Virus record (IMG/VR): IMGVR_UViG_3300049182_000046
Span: 1-42,597 of that record
Length of the DNA stretch: 42,597 nt
Source of the DNA: a virus
Lineage: Duplodnaviria > Caudoviricetes
Strand: one strand, 5' to 3'
The notes under the pieces were generated by a model. That model was not told the origin of the DNA. It ran no database searches and was given only the letters and a program-made list of their open reading frames with translations. A program made the position numbers and the translations under genes. Shown piece after piece: positions 16,886 to 26,608 of this stretch (position 1 is its first letter; each line of letters opens with the position of its first letter).

Positions 16886-19000
16886 ATGGAATCCATCTTC
16901 TCCAATCTGCCATCCGAGAAGTCGGACATGAGCGCAGACGAATATGCGGAAATCGACAACTACGAAGCCCGCATCAAGGCTTTGATCAGCGATGCCGCTG
17001 ACTTCAACGACTCGGACCTGTCCCCGGAGCGTGAAGAGAACCTCAAGATGTATTACGGGCTGCTCCCGGCATTGTCCCGTGACCCCGATGAGGCTATCAA
17101 CGGCCAGTACGACAGTTACGACGATACTGCCGAGTTCCGTGATGAGGCCAACCGGGCCACTGTGGTTTCGACGGACGTTCGCGATACCGTCATGGCAATC
17201 ATGCCCTCCTTGATCCGCATCTTCACGTCGTCGGAGAACATCGCCGACTTCGTGGCGACCTCTGCTGAGGCCGAAGAAATGACGGAACAGGCCACCCACG
17301 ATGTCCTCTACACCTTCTGGGAAGAGAATCCCGGCTTCTTGATCATCCACACCCTGCTCAAGGATGCTCTGACCGAGAAAATCGGCGTCGTGCGTTGGCA
17401 GACCCACGACAACAAAAAGTACACGGAAAAGGAATTCCTCAAGATTCGCGAAGAGCAGGTCGCGATGATTCTGGAAGAGGCCAATGATATCGGCAACCAG
17501 AATGCCGAGGTCAAGGAAATGGGCAAGCCGGATGCGGATGGCTTCATCGACCGCGTCGTGATCGGCTTCACCAAGTCTGTACCTTCCCGAGAGGTCGTTA
17601 CGGTTCCCCCGGAAAACTTCCGCATTTCCCGCCGCGCTCGCACCATCCACACGGCACCTCTCGTCGGGGTAGCCGAGTTGGTGTCGGCTTCGGACGTCGT
17701 CGAACTGGGGTATCCGAAGGAGTTGGTCCATCAGTACACGGGCAACTACGATCATTACAGCCCCGAGCGCAGCATCCGCAACCCCTCCATCGACTTTTCG
17801 ATCATCGACGATCAACTCGTTGAGTTCGGGGACTATTTTATCCGCATCGACAAGGACGGAGACGGCATCGACGAGCTTCGCCGCATCCGCACGATCGGCT
17901 CGAACTGGGATATCCTCGAAGACGAAATCGTTGACGACATCAACCTCGCTGTGTTCTGCGGTGACCCGCGCCCCCATACAGTCATCGGGGACGCGCTGGC
18001 CGACCTCATCAAGGACATTCAGGAGATCAATACCGCGTTGATGCGAGGCGCACTGGACAGCCTTTCGGGGTCCATGTTCCCAGACATCGCCGTCAACGAA
18101 AACATGGCGAGCATGAACGACATTCTCGCTCCCGGCGTCGGTCGTGTCCTTCGCATGAAGGGCGATCCTTCCGGCATCATCAAGGAAATCCGCCCAAGCT
18201 TCATCGGTCGCGACGTCTTTGAAATGATCGACCGCATGAACATGACGCGCCAGAGCCGTACCGGTATCTCCGAAGCGTCGAAGGGTGTTGACCCGAAAGC
18301 CCTGCAGTCGACCAACCTCATGGGTATCGAGGCCATCGTCACGGGTGCTCAGGAACGCATCGAACTGATTGCTCGCATTCTTGCTGAGACGGGCTTCAAG
18401 GACCTCATGCGCGGCTTGCTCCGCGAAATCGTCCGCGCCCCGAACCGTAAGCGCAGCCTCAAGCGAGAGAAGAAGTGGGTCGAGTACGACCAGTCGATTT
18501 ACGATCCGGACCTGATGGTGAAGGTCAACCCGAGCCTTGGTCGCGGTAACGACATTTCCAAGATGATGACGCTGCAGACCATCCAGCAGACGCAGATGAT
18601 GATCATCGAGCAGATGGGCCTCAACAACCCATTCGTAACCCCGTCCCAGTATCTGAACACGATCAAGGACCAGTTGGCCCTTGTCAACATCCGCAATTCG
18701 TCCCGTTACTTCAACGAAATCACCGAAGAAGTTATGGCTCAGATCAGCGGACCGAAGGAGCCTACCCCGGAGGAGAAGATCGCCACCGCCGAGGTCGAAC
18801 GCGTCAAGGCAACTACCGCTATCGCCATCGACAAGCATCGCGTCGATCGGGAGAAGATGGCGGCGGACGACGATTTCAGGCGCGACAAGCTTGGCCTCGA
18901 CACCCTCGTGAAGCTCGTCACTTCCATGGCCGAGTATCCCTTGGGGGCCGAACTGATCGACGATGCCTCTGCAGTCATCGATGAAAGGAACCAGCCTTGA
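16886..19000 (+). CDS. portal protein (podovirus / P22-like)
   Basis: 704 aa directly after terL; VVSTDVRDTV..IMPSLIRIF N-terminal motif. Confidence 0.88.
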   Translation: MESIFSNLPSEKSDMSADEYAEIDNYEARIKALISDAADFNDSDLSPEREENLKMYYGLLPALSRDPDEAINGQYDSYDDTAEFRDEANRATVVSTDVRDTVMAIMPSLIRIFTSSENIADFVATSAEAEEMTEQATHDVLYTFWEENPGFLIIHTLLKDALTEKIGVVRWQTHDNKKYTEKEFLKIREEQVAMILEEANDIGNQNAEVKEMGKPDADGFIDRVVIGFTKSVPSREVVTVPPENFRISRRARTIHTAPLVGVAELVSASDVVELGYPKELVHQYTGNYDHYSPERSIRNPSIDFSIIDDQLVEFGDYFIRIDKDGDGIDELRRIRTIGSNWDILEDEIVDDINLAVFCGDPRPHTVIGDALADLIKDIQEINTALMRGALDSLSGSMFPDIAVNENMASMNDILAPGVGRVLRMKGDPSGIIKEIRPSFIGRDVFEMIDRMNMTRQSRTGISEASKGVDPKALQSTNLMGIEAIVTGAQERIELIARILAETGFKDLMRGLLREIVRAPNRKRSLKREKKWVEYDQSIYDPDLMVKVNPSLGRGNDISKMMTLQTIQQTQMMIIEQMGLNNPFVTPSQYLNTIKDQLALVNIRNSSRYFNEITEEVMAQISGPKEPTPEEKIATAEVERVKATTAIAIDKHRVDREKMAADDDFRRDKLGLDTLVKLVTSMAEYPLGAELIDDASAVIDERNQP

Positions 19001-19257
19001 AGAAATTCGAAGACCTGAGCGCGATGGAAAAGGAAGAGTTGATTGCGGATGCTCAGGCCGCACTCAACTCGTCAGCCGTTAAGTTTGTGTTCCAACAATA
19101 CCGTGAGGAGTGCATTCAGGAACTACTGAATGCCGAGGTAGGGGGATTGACAGCGGCCACGGCGCATGCTAGTATGAAGGTGCTAGCGGGGGTGGAAGCG
19201 AGGCTTCAATCCATCGTCAATGAGAAGCTCGTAGCAGCGCGAAGAAGGATCAAGTAA
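18997..19257 (+). CDS. small head-module protein
   Basis: 86 aa, coupled to portal and scaffold genes. Confidence 0.7.
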   Translation: MKKFEDLSAMEKEELIADAQAALNSSAVKFVFQQYREECIQELLNAEVGGLTAATAHASMKVLAGVEARLQSIVNEKLVAARRRIK

Positions 19258-20366
19258 TGTCTGACAGCCTCGAACAAGCCGCAATGGCCTTCGATAGCGC
19301 ACTCGGCAACACTGCCCCGAGTGAAAAGGCTCCGGCGTCGTCCGGCCAGCCGACTGAAATGTTGTTCAACAACCTCGGTGACCTCGAAGTTGACGAAGAA
19401 AGCCCTGCCAAGGGTGGCGGCGACGACATTCCGAATCCAAAGGTCCGCACCAAGGCCGTTGAGGTCGAGGATGATGAGGATGACGAGCCAGAAACTCTGT
19501 TCAAGCAGGTCGCGGACGACGATCAGGACGGCGAAGATGCTGATCCCGATGCCGACGAAGACGCTGACGGCGAGGACAAGAAGGACGACGAGGAAGAAGA
19601 GGAAGACGATAGCGACGTTTACGAAGTCACTGTCGACGGCGAACGGGTCGAAGTCAGTCTGCGCGAAGCGCTTGACGGCTATATCCGTGGCGAAACCTTC
19701 CATCGCCGCCTGAGCAAGCTGAACGAGATGCAGGGCGTCCTCAAGACCGAGGCCGTCGAAGTCATCAATCAGCGCCAGAAATACACCAACTTGATCGAGC
19801 AGATGGAAGCCCACCTCGACAAGCTGATCCCACCGGAGCCGGATTGGGACAAGGAATACGAAGCGGACCCCAAGGCCGCTCGCGCACTTGAGCAGAAGTA
19901 CGCTGAAATCAAGCGTACCCGCGCTGCTCTGGAGTCCGAGAAGCAGAAGGTTACGCAGGAGCAGAAAGAGCAAGACGAGAAAGCTCTCAAGGAATTTATC
20001 GCCGAGAACAACGTGAAAATTCTCCAGAACAACCCGACGTGGAAAGACACGAAGGTTATGGAGCGCGACTTGTCCTCGATGATGAAAACTGGCCTCAAGG
20101 CCGGTTTCAGCAAGGAAGAGGTCCTAGAGGTCTACGACCATCGAATGATCACTGTCCTTCTCAAGGCCGCGAAATACGACAGACTTCAGGACAACAAGCC
20201 GAAGCCTGTCCGTCGCGGTGGCAAGCCTATCAAGCCCGGAGCGGGAAGCAAGAGCACCGCACCCAAGGTAAGTACGGCAATGAACAGCCTTTCCCGCACG
20301 GGATCGGTAGATGACGCGGCTGGCGTCATGCTTTCGTTGATCAACCAGAAAACCAGAAGGAAATAA
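19257..20366 (+). CDS. capsid scaffolding protein
   Basis: Acidic N-terminus, YEVTVDGERVEVSLREALDGY motif, coiled coil, lies before the major capsid gene. Confidence 0.82.
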   Translation: MSDSLEQAAMAFDSALGNTAPSEKAPASSGQPTEMLFNNLGDLEVDEESPAKGGGDDIPNPKVRTKAVEVEDDEDDEPETLFKQVADDDQDGEDADPDADEDADGEDKKDDEEEEEDDSDVYEVTVDGERVEVSLREALDGYIRGETFHRRLSKLNEMQGVLKTEAVEVINQRQKYTNLIEQMEAHLDKLIPPEPDWDKEYEADPKAARALEQKYAEIKRTRAALESEKQKVTQEQKEQDEKALKEFIAENNVKILQNNPTWKDTKVMERDLSSMMKTGLKAGFSKEEVLEVYDHRMITVLLKAAKYDRLQDNKPKPVRRGGKPIKPGAGSKSTAPKVSTAMNSLSRTGSVDDAAGVMLSLINQKTRRK

Positions 20367-20368
20367 CC

Positions 20369-21361
20369 GTGGCCAAGGTTTCACAGGCTTACACCACCTA
20401 CAACGCGCAGGGCAACCGGGAAGACCTGTCCAACGCGATCTACAACATCGACCCGTTCGATACCCCTGTCATGTCGGCTGCTCGCCGCCGTAACGCCAAG
20501 GCTCGCCAGTTCGACTGGCAGACCGAGAACCTGCCGACTGTCGATGCCAACAACGCACAGGTTGAAGGCTTTGAACTGGAACGCACCGCTTCGCAGCCGA
20601 CCATCCGTCTGTCGAACGTGACCCAGATTTCGAAGCGCGACGCCACCGTTTCTGGCTCGCAGGAAGCCTCGGAAGCCGCCGGCAAGGGTTCGGAAATGGC
20701 CCACCAGATGGCGCTCAAGTCCAAGGTCCTCAAGTCGGACATGGAAGTCATCATGTGCAGCCGTCAGGCTCGCAACGATGGCGACGATGCCACCGCCCGC
20801 AAGACCGAATCGATCCTGCACTTCATTGCTCGTGGCCGCGATCGCAACAACGTGCAGGGCAACGCCGTCGTCGGCGTCAAGACCGGTCTTCCTCTGACCG
20901 CCACCGGCGCTTTTGCTGCTCCCATCGTCGGTGACCAGTTGGCGTTCTCCGAAGTGATGGTCGGCGATGCCATGCAGGCCGCTTTCGACAACGGCGCTTC
21001 GCCGTCCCTTTTGATCGTTCCGACCGCCATCAAGCGTACGGTTTCGACCTTCAAGGGCCGTGATTCGACTCAGGTTCAGGTCGGTCGTACCGAAGTTGTT
21101 GCTACCGTCGACATCATCGCGACGGACTTCGGCCGCATCAAGGTCATCCCTTCGCGTTGGCTCCCGGCTGATGCCGCTCTTCTCGTCGATCCGGCCTATC
21201 TGGCTGTTGCCTTCTTCCGCAACTTCCGTCAGATTCCGCTCGCCAAGATCGGTGACGCCGAAACCCGCATGATCCTGGCGGAATGGGGCGTCGAAATGCG
21301 CAACCCTATGGCGCACATCATGTTCAACGGCGTCAAGCAGGGTGCCGTAATCGGCGCCTAA
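20369..21361 (+). CDS. major capsid protein (DUF5309 / SU10-like)
   Basis: GNREDLSNAIYNIDPFDTP, FDWQTE and NVTQI motifs; position after scaffold. Confidence 0.9.
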   Translation: MAKVSQAYTTYNAQGNREDLSNAIYNIDPFDTPVMSAARRRNAKARQFDWQTENLPTVDANNAQVEGFELERTASQPTIRLSNVTQISKRDATVSGSQEASEAAGKGSEMAHQMALKSKVLKSDMEVIMCSRQARNDGDDATARKTESILHFIARGRDRNNVQGNAVVGVKTGLPLTATGAFAAPIVGDQLAFSEVMVGDAMQAAFDNGASPSLLIVPTAIKRTVSTFKGRDSTQVQVGRTEVVATVDIIATDFGRIKVIPSRWLPADAALLVDPAYLAVAFFRNFRQIPLAKIGDAETRMILAEWGVEMRNPMAHIMFNGVKQGAVIGA

Positions 21362-21437
21362 GGACCTCCTCCCGAGGGCACGACGAGGGGTCGGGGAAAT
21401 ATTTTCTCGGCCCCTCACGTTTAAAAAGGGGATCAAA

Positions 21438-21779
21438 ATGCCGACATTCGCAGCTGAATATATGGACAGGTACGAGGACGAAGGTCCAGACCCGTCTTTG
21501 AAAGAACTCACTTCGGGGGGCGACAGCGGCTCTGCTGGAGCCGTGGGTGAAGTTTTCACTACTATCGAGGATGTTTTGGGGACAAACTCCACCCTCAAAG
21601 TCATCAAAGGTGGCGAGTACTTTTACCTCCAAACCACCATCGACGGGGACGACATCACCGTCGAAGTATTGTTTGGCGGCGTTCTCGATCCGGGTGACTA
21701 CGAAGTTACCATTCTGGAATCCAACCCGTTCTCCATCCCGGACAATCGCCTTACGGCCTTTACGTTTACTATCACCTGA
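21438..21779 (+). CDS. hypothetical virion-module protein
   Basis: 113 aa acidic ORF with AGGGG RBS. Confidence 0.65.
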   Translation: MPTFAAEYMDRYEDEGPDPSLKELTSGGDSGSAGAVGEVFTTIEDVLGTNSTLKVIKGGEYFYLQTTIDGDDITVEVLFGGVLDPGDYEVTILESNPFSIPDNRLTAFTFTIT

Positions 21780-21822
21780 CGCTCGCGCCGCCCGCAAAGT
21801 GGCCTAAACAAGGAGTAGCCCA

Positions 21823-22545
21823 ATGACCGTTGTAGACATTCAGAAACGTCTTATCGAATTGGGCTACTCTCTACCTCGCTTCGGCGCGGACGGCGATTTT
21901 GGTGCCGAAACTATCGAAGCGCTTAACAAGGCGCTTGATGACCTCAAGCCGTATCGTACTGCATTCCAGCCCCCTGTGGCGGCACCGCCTCGACCTGTAG
22001 CAGGTCGGCTACTGCGCCCGGAATGGCTCCCAAGCGTTACCATGGCCCGCGTCATTGGCCACTGGACAGGCGGCAGTTATATCGCTTCTTCGCTCGACAA
22101 AGAGCATTATCACCTACTTATCAACGGAAAGTCTGAAGTCGTACGAGGTCTTCACTCCATCGCTGATAACGTGAACGTGTCCGGTAAGTCGCCCGACGAC
22201 TATGCCGCCCACACGTTGAACACCAACAGTCAATCGATAGGCGTATCGATCTGTTGTATGGCCGGAGCTACCGAGATTCCTTTCGATGCCGGGCAATTCC
22301 CCATGACAGCTGCGCAATGGGACGTGTACACGAGCGTGGTGGCCGAGCTTTGCTTCCACTACAAAATCGCCGTGACACCGAAAACCGTACTGTCCCACGC
22401 CGAAGTGCAAAACAACTTGGGAATCCGTCAGAGGGGCAAATGGGATTGGGCCCGCCTCGCTTTCGATCCTTCCGTTGTCGGTGCGGCTGCAACCGGCGCA
22501 AAACTCCGCCGAGAAGTCTCGGAAAAATTGAAAGGTTTGAAGTAA
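21823..22545 (+). CDS. endolysin (peptidoglycan-binding domain plus amidase-2)
   Basis: IQKRLIELGY..GADGDFGAET peptidoglycan-binding motif; GHWTGG..YHLLI..AHT..N..SIG..SHAE amidase motifs. Confidence 0.85.
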   Translation: MTVVDIQKRLIELGYSLPRFGADGDFGAETIEALNKALDDLKPYRTAFQPPVAAPPRPVAGRLLRPEWLPSVTMARVIGHWTGGSYIASSLDKEHYHLLINGKSEVVRGLHSIADNVNVSGKSPDDYAAHTLNTNSQSIGVSICCMAGATEIPFDAGQFPMTAAQWDVYTSVVAELCFHYKIAVTPKTVLSHAEVQNNLGIRQRGKWDWARLAFDPSVVGAAATGAKLRREVSEKLKGLK

Positions 22546-22724
22546 TGGGTTCGTTTTCAAAAGCTATCGCTGCCGCCGCTGGTGGTGCTGCAACTGGCAC
22601 GATCGGTCTTCCGTTCATGCCCGACGATACCCCTTGGTATGGGTATCTCGCCCTCTACGCGCTCACGATCGGCCTCCCGGCCCTTCTGACGTACATCGCT
22701 CCGAAGAATACCCCGTCGGAGTAA
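22545..22724 (+). CDS. putative holin / small membrane protein
   Basis: 59 aa, hydrophobic segments, TAATG-coupled to the endolysin. Confidence 0.55.
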   Translation: MGSFSKAIAAAAGGAATGTIGLPFMPDDTPWYGYLALYALTIGLPALLTYIAPKNTPSE

Positions 22725-22755
22725 GGTCAACGCAGTGAATAGGGAACGAGACCCG

Positions 22756-23202
22756 ATGGCCATCAATTGGACTCAGGTTAATGTTCCGACAATCCTGGCA
22801 GTTGTCGGGGCCGCATGGGGCGTTTTCCAGTATATTGGGGACTTTGACAAGCGCCTTTCTGCGTCGGAACAACAGGCAAAAATAGAGGCTGATTCCAACC
22901 GATCTAAGCTGGTGGATATCACCCGCCTTATCGGTGACGTTCAGTCCGAATTGAGAAGTACTCGGCAGTTTGTCGAGAACGTGCCCTACCGAGTGGGACA
23001 ATTGGAGGCCGGACTAACGGAACAAGGCAGGAGGACCGATAGGATATCGGAAGCCCTGGCAACCAGCCTTGACGCGCTCCGCAAAGATGTGAGCGCGTTG
23101 GGCGTAAAAATCGAGGTGTTGTCCTCCAAGCTGGAGACGAACCCCTCAGGACGTAAGATCAATCTCGTGCTGCCTACTTCCGGTGTTCCACTGGTAAATT
23201 GA
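22756..23202 (+). CDS. membrane-anchored coiled-coil protein (lysis-associated?)
   Basis: N-terminal TM segment VPTILAVVGAAWGVF followed by coiled coil. Confidence 0.65.
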   Translation: MAINWTQVNVPTILAVVGAAWGVFQYIGDFDKRLSASEQQAKIEADSNRSKLVDITRLIGDVQSELRSTRQFVENVPYRVGQLEAGLTEQGRRTDRISEALATSLDALRKDVSALGVKIEVLSSKLETNPSGRKINLVLPTSGVPLVN

Positions 23203-23227
23203 CAGCGCCCCTGCCGCGTGGTATACT
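23199..23227 (+). promoter_or_regulatory. sigma70-type promoter for tail genes
   Basis: TTGACA-17bp-TATACT with GCGTGG. Confidence 0.75.
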
Positions 23228-23230
23228 AAC

Positions 23231-23530
23231 ATGGAAAGTCAATTCGTCTACCGAAACAGCGATGGGGTCCGTAGGACTTTCATCGTCGACGACGAGCATC
23301 CGGATCGACTGGTCACTAAGACCGAAGTTGTGATGGACGGCGTGATCGAAACCAACAAGATCATGCGCGAACTTCACCCTCAAAACTCCACCAATAAACT
23401 GGTGGCCAGAGGGATTCCAATGACCGTCTACGAGCGCTCAGTTCACGAGCAATGGGACGACAGCGATTGGAACAAGTGGCTCAATGATCCAGACAACAAA
23501 GTGTTTCGCGTCTGGGAAGGTAGGGTTTGA
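23231..23530 (+). CDS. phage hypothetical protein
   Basis: 99 aa ending in KWLNDPDNKVFRVWEGRV, a pattern typical of podovirus head-tail modules. Confidence 0.75.
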   Translation: MESQFVYRNSDGVRRTFIVDDEHPDRLVTKTEVVMDGVIETNKIMRELHPQNSTNKLVARGIPMTVYERSVHEQWDDSDWNKWLNDPDNKVFRVWEGRV

Positions 23531-24129
23531 TGTCTGACTTCACCGATTTCCTCTCGAATGTCAAAAAGTGGGTAGGTCGTCCCGACTTCGACGACGCCCT
23601 TACCACGTCGTTTGTTCGTATGGCTGAAACCACGCTCAGCCAGACCCTTCGGGTCAAGGAAATGGTGGTCCGATCTGTTGCCACGATTACCGAGGGGCGG
23701 GTTGCGCTGCCCCTCGACTTCGTTCACGCCGAGCTTATCGTCGGCCCCAAGGGGAAGCCCCTCCTCTTTCGCAGCCCCACCGAATATTTTGAAAAGGACC
23801 ACCGGCCGGAACATTGGTACACCATCATTGGCGGTGAAATCCTCTTTGCGGCCCCCATCGACGAAATCGAAGGGGCAGAAATCACTATGTGGTATTTCCA
23901 GTTCGTCCCGACTTTCACCGGGGCGTCGACTTGGCTCCACTCCAAGTACTATCACATCTTCCTCCAGTCTTGCAACGCTGCTGCCGCCCTGTTTTCGCAG
24001 GAGTACGAGCGCGCTACCTCGATTGAGGGGATCGCGTCGGGCCTCGTTCAGATGGCCAACGACACCTACGAAAAATCCAAGACTAGCGGCTCTGTGCTGC
24101 GAACCCAACTCGTCCGGAGGAAAATCTGA
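23530..24129 (+). CDS. head-tail adaptor / tail tubular protein A-like
   Basis: About 200 aa; FVRMAE..L..LRVKEM..ALPLDF motif; position in the module. Confidence 0.7.
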   Translation: MSDFTDFLSNVKKWVGRPDFDDALTTSFVRMAETTLSQTLRVKEMVVRSVATITEGRVALPLDFVHAELIVGPKGKPLLFRSPTEYFEKDHRPEHWYTIIGGEILFAAPIDEIEGAEITMWYFQFVPTFTGASTWLHSKYYHIFLQSCNAAAALFSQEYERATSIEGIASGLVQMANDTYEKSKTSGSVLRTQLVRRKI

Positions 24130-24500
24130 TGTCGCTTACCGAAGCCGGCGAAAACCGCGCTCTTAACGGTCTTCTGACCCCCGCTGTCTACGTCGGGTTG
24201 CACACTGGCGTTCCATCGGCTGGGGGTAACGAGGTAGCCGGTGGCGCTTACGCCCGACAGGCTCTTGGTGCCTACACCATCGCCGGGACCAAGCCAGCCG
24301 TGGCTTCCAACAACGCTCTCATTCAGTTCCCCACCGCAACAGCGGATTGGGGCCTCGTCACTCATGTTGGCATATGGTCCGCCATCGCTGGTGGAACGCT
24401 TCTTGATGAACAAGCCCTCGTCACTGAGAAAGACGTTGGCATCGACGACTCGTTCCGCTTCCTCGCCACTAAACTCAAGATTCGCGCATCGGTGCCGTAA
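24129..24500 (+). CDS. tail-fiber-associated protein
   Basis: YVGLHT..EVAGGAYARQ..IQFPTATADWG.VTHVGIW pattern. Confidence 0.7.
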   Translation: MSLTEAGENRALNGLLTPAVYVGLHTGVPSAGGNEVAGGAYARQALGAYTIAGTKPAVASNNALIQFPTATADWGLVTHVGIWSAIAGGTLLDEQALVTEKDVGIDDSFRFLATKLKIRASVP

Positions 24501-25087
24501 TGTCGAGGAGGTATGGGGTCTACAAATACGGGGTCAACGCTTACTCGGCCGCTGAGAATGTTGCAGCCGAAGTTATTAGCGATATCGTGTTTGACGCCGT
24601 ACCGCTTGCTTCGGTACGTTGGGCTTCGTCCGCCATAAGCGACATGGCGTTCGACGGTGATTTTCTTGGCTCCGTATCGCACGGGGGGCGATACGTAAGC
24701 AACATTAAGGTTGACACGGTACTCGACAGGGCTACCGCCCTTGATTTCGCTGCGATGGCAACTTCGGACATTAAGTTCGAAACCGTTGCTGAGGGCAGGC
24801 TTCGTATCAACCACACCGTCGAAATGGAATTCGACATACGCTTCCAGTCCGAGTACGTGGCTAACGTCTACTCAGGCGGTGCCATCGTATCGGACATTAC
24901 GTTTGATAATCAGTTCGACCCGTATGAATCAAAATTCTGGGAGCCGAAAACCGCTGATGGGTCTTGGGACCCAGAGTCTACTTTCCCGACTGCGTGGGTT
25001 GCACAGCCCGCCGACGGGTCTTGGGCTCCCACTTCTAACTTAACCAGTGTATGGGTTGTCCAGCCCACGCCAACTCCTTGGGGGTAA
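24500..25087 (+). CDS. tail-associated hypothetical protein
   Basis: 195 aa, translationally coupled, beta-repeat-like composition. Confidence 0.65.
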   Translation: MSRRYGVYKYGVNAYSAAENVAAEVISDIVFDAVPLASVRWASSAISDMAFDGDFLGSVSHGGRYVSNIKVDTVLDRATALDFAAMATSDIKFETVAEGRLRINHTVEMEFDIRFQSEYVANVYSGGAIVSDITFDNQFDPYESKFWEPKTADGSWDPESTFPTAWVAQPADGSWAPTSNLTSVWVVQPTPTPWG

Positions 25088-25088
25088 C

Positions 25089-25841
25089 ATGGCCGATACA
25101 GTAACCACAAATCTTGACATGATCAAGCCGGAGCCGGGTGCGTCTAACGACACTTGGGGTGTGAAGATCAACGATGACCTCGATATCATCGACACTGCAA
25201 TCGGCGATCTGCAAGGGGTTGCTGGTGGTCTGGAAGACGACGTCACGGCTTTGCAGACCGACAAGGCTGACAAAGCTACGACGTACACCAAGGCCGAAAC
25301 CAACACTTTGCTGGACGCCAAGGCACCTCAAGCTACGACGTATACCAAGACCGAAGTGGATGCCCTTGTTGCAGCTGCCGTCGCTGCCGGAACCCGGATC
25401 GGTCAGAGTATTGAGTGGAACAGCAATAACATCCCCTCGGGCTTTGTCAAAGAAAATGGTGCGGCCTACTCCCGAACCACTTACGCCACGCTTTTCGCAG
25501 AGATCGGGACCACTTTTGGTGCGGGTGATGGTTCTACCACCTTCAACGTTCCTGACAGCCGAGGTACTGTTACTCGAACTGTCGACGATGGCCGTGGTTT
25601 GGACACGGGCCGCGCATTGGGTTCGTACCAAGCTGATGCGATGCAGGGTCACCGCCACGTAATCAGCCCTCCGTATTGGCCGCAGTCTGGAGGCGGCGCG
25701 GGTATGAGCGGTAGCACGTTCAGCGCGAGTGGCACCAGCACCGGTAACCCCACCACCGATGGTGTCAACGGAACCCCTCGAACCGCAGCTGAAACCCGCG
25801 TGAAGAGCATCGCCAAATTCAAGCTCATTCGCGCGTTTTAA
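25089..25841 (+). CDS. tail fiber protein with collar domain
   Basis: IPSGFVKENGAAYSRTTYATLFAEIGTTFGAGDGSTTFNVPDSRG is a tail collar domain. Confidence 0.88.
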   Translation: MADTVTTNLDMIKPEPGASNDTWGVKINDDLDIIDTAIGDLQGVAGGLEDDVTALQTDKADKATTYTKAETNTLLDAKAPQATTYTKTEVDALVAAAVAAGTRIGQSIEWNSNNIPSGFVKENGAAYSRTTYATLFAEIGTTFGAGDGSTTFNVPDSRGTVTRTVDDGRGLDTGRALGSYQADAMQGHRHVISPPYWPQSGGGAGMSGSTFSASGTSTGNPTTDGVNGTPRTAAETRVKSIAKFKLIRAF

Positions 25842-25850
25842 GGAGTCGAC

Positions 25851-26354
25851 ATGTTTTACCACAGTTATACACTGGAAACTCAGGAGTACAACGGCTCCTT
25901 TGAAGCAGACCTTGACCCACTGGAAGAGGGCGTATATGTTCTTCCCGGACATGCCACATGGGTCGAACCTCCTGCCCCCGTTGAAGGTAAGTGGCGTAAG
26001 TTCGACGGTGAGGCTTGGGTCTACGAGGACATCGCTGAGCCCGAAGAGGAACCAGAGCCTGAGGTGTCCAAGCCTGACACTATCTCCGACCGCCAGTTCT
26101 TTCAGGCGCTGGCCAACAGGAACATGATAACCCGCTCTGAGGCATTGGCTGCTGTGTCCGTTGGCACCATTCCGGCGGCTATGGAAGCAATCCTCACCGG
26201 TCTGGATGACGACGAGGAGTTCAACGCCCGCATGTTGTTGTCTGGGGCGACGCAGTTTAACCGGAGCCATCCGATCACTCTGGCTTTTGCCGCTGGCTTC
26301 AACATGTCCGAAGCCGACGTCGAAGATTTGTGGGTGGAGGCCAACCAGCTGTGA
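25851..26354 (+). CDS. tail fiber assembly protein-like
   Basis: DPLEEGVYVLPGHATWVEPP..FDGEAWVYED motif; follows the fiber gene. Confidence 0.7.
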   Translation: MFYHSYTLETQEYNGSFEADLDPLEEGVYVLPGHATWVEPPAPVEGKWRKFDGEAWVYEDIAEPEEEPEPEVSKPDTISDRQFFQALANRNMITRSEALAAVSVGTIPAAMEAILTGLDDDEEFNARMLLSGATQFNRSHPITLAFAAGFNMSEADVEDLWVEANQL

Positions 26355-26608
26355 ATCCTGACGTTCCCGACATGGAATGCAGCCTCTGGCCCGACGGCAT
26401 TCCGACGTGGCTTGGGGGCAGCGGCAACGAGTGGATAAATTGCTGTCAAATCCACGACGTGTCGCCCCAAAACTTCGATACCGCCATGGAACTCGGCAAA
26501 TGCGTCGCAAACGGTGGATACCCGCTGATGGGCTTCGCAATGGCCGCTGGAGTGGCGGTTTTCGGCCCCTTCTACATCGCGTTCAAACGTCGTAAGGCCA
26601 AGAAATGA
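26351..26608 (+). CDS. small Cys-rich protein with phospholipase A2-like motif
   Basis: GTGA-coupled start; CSLWPD..W..CCQIHD..L.KCV..M..GV..FG. Confidence 0.55.
   Translation: MNPDVPDMECSLWPDGIPTWLGGSGNEWINCCQIHDVSPQNFDTAMELGKCVANGGYPLMGFAMAAGVAVFGPFYIAFKRRKAKK

Noticed and set aside
16871-19063. 730-aa antisense ORF (likewise 20381..21607, 25035..26540, 28721..30427, 30361..32796)
   Set aside because: Shadow ORFs opposite well-supported structural genes, expected from high-GC codon bias; no recognisable motifs.
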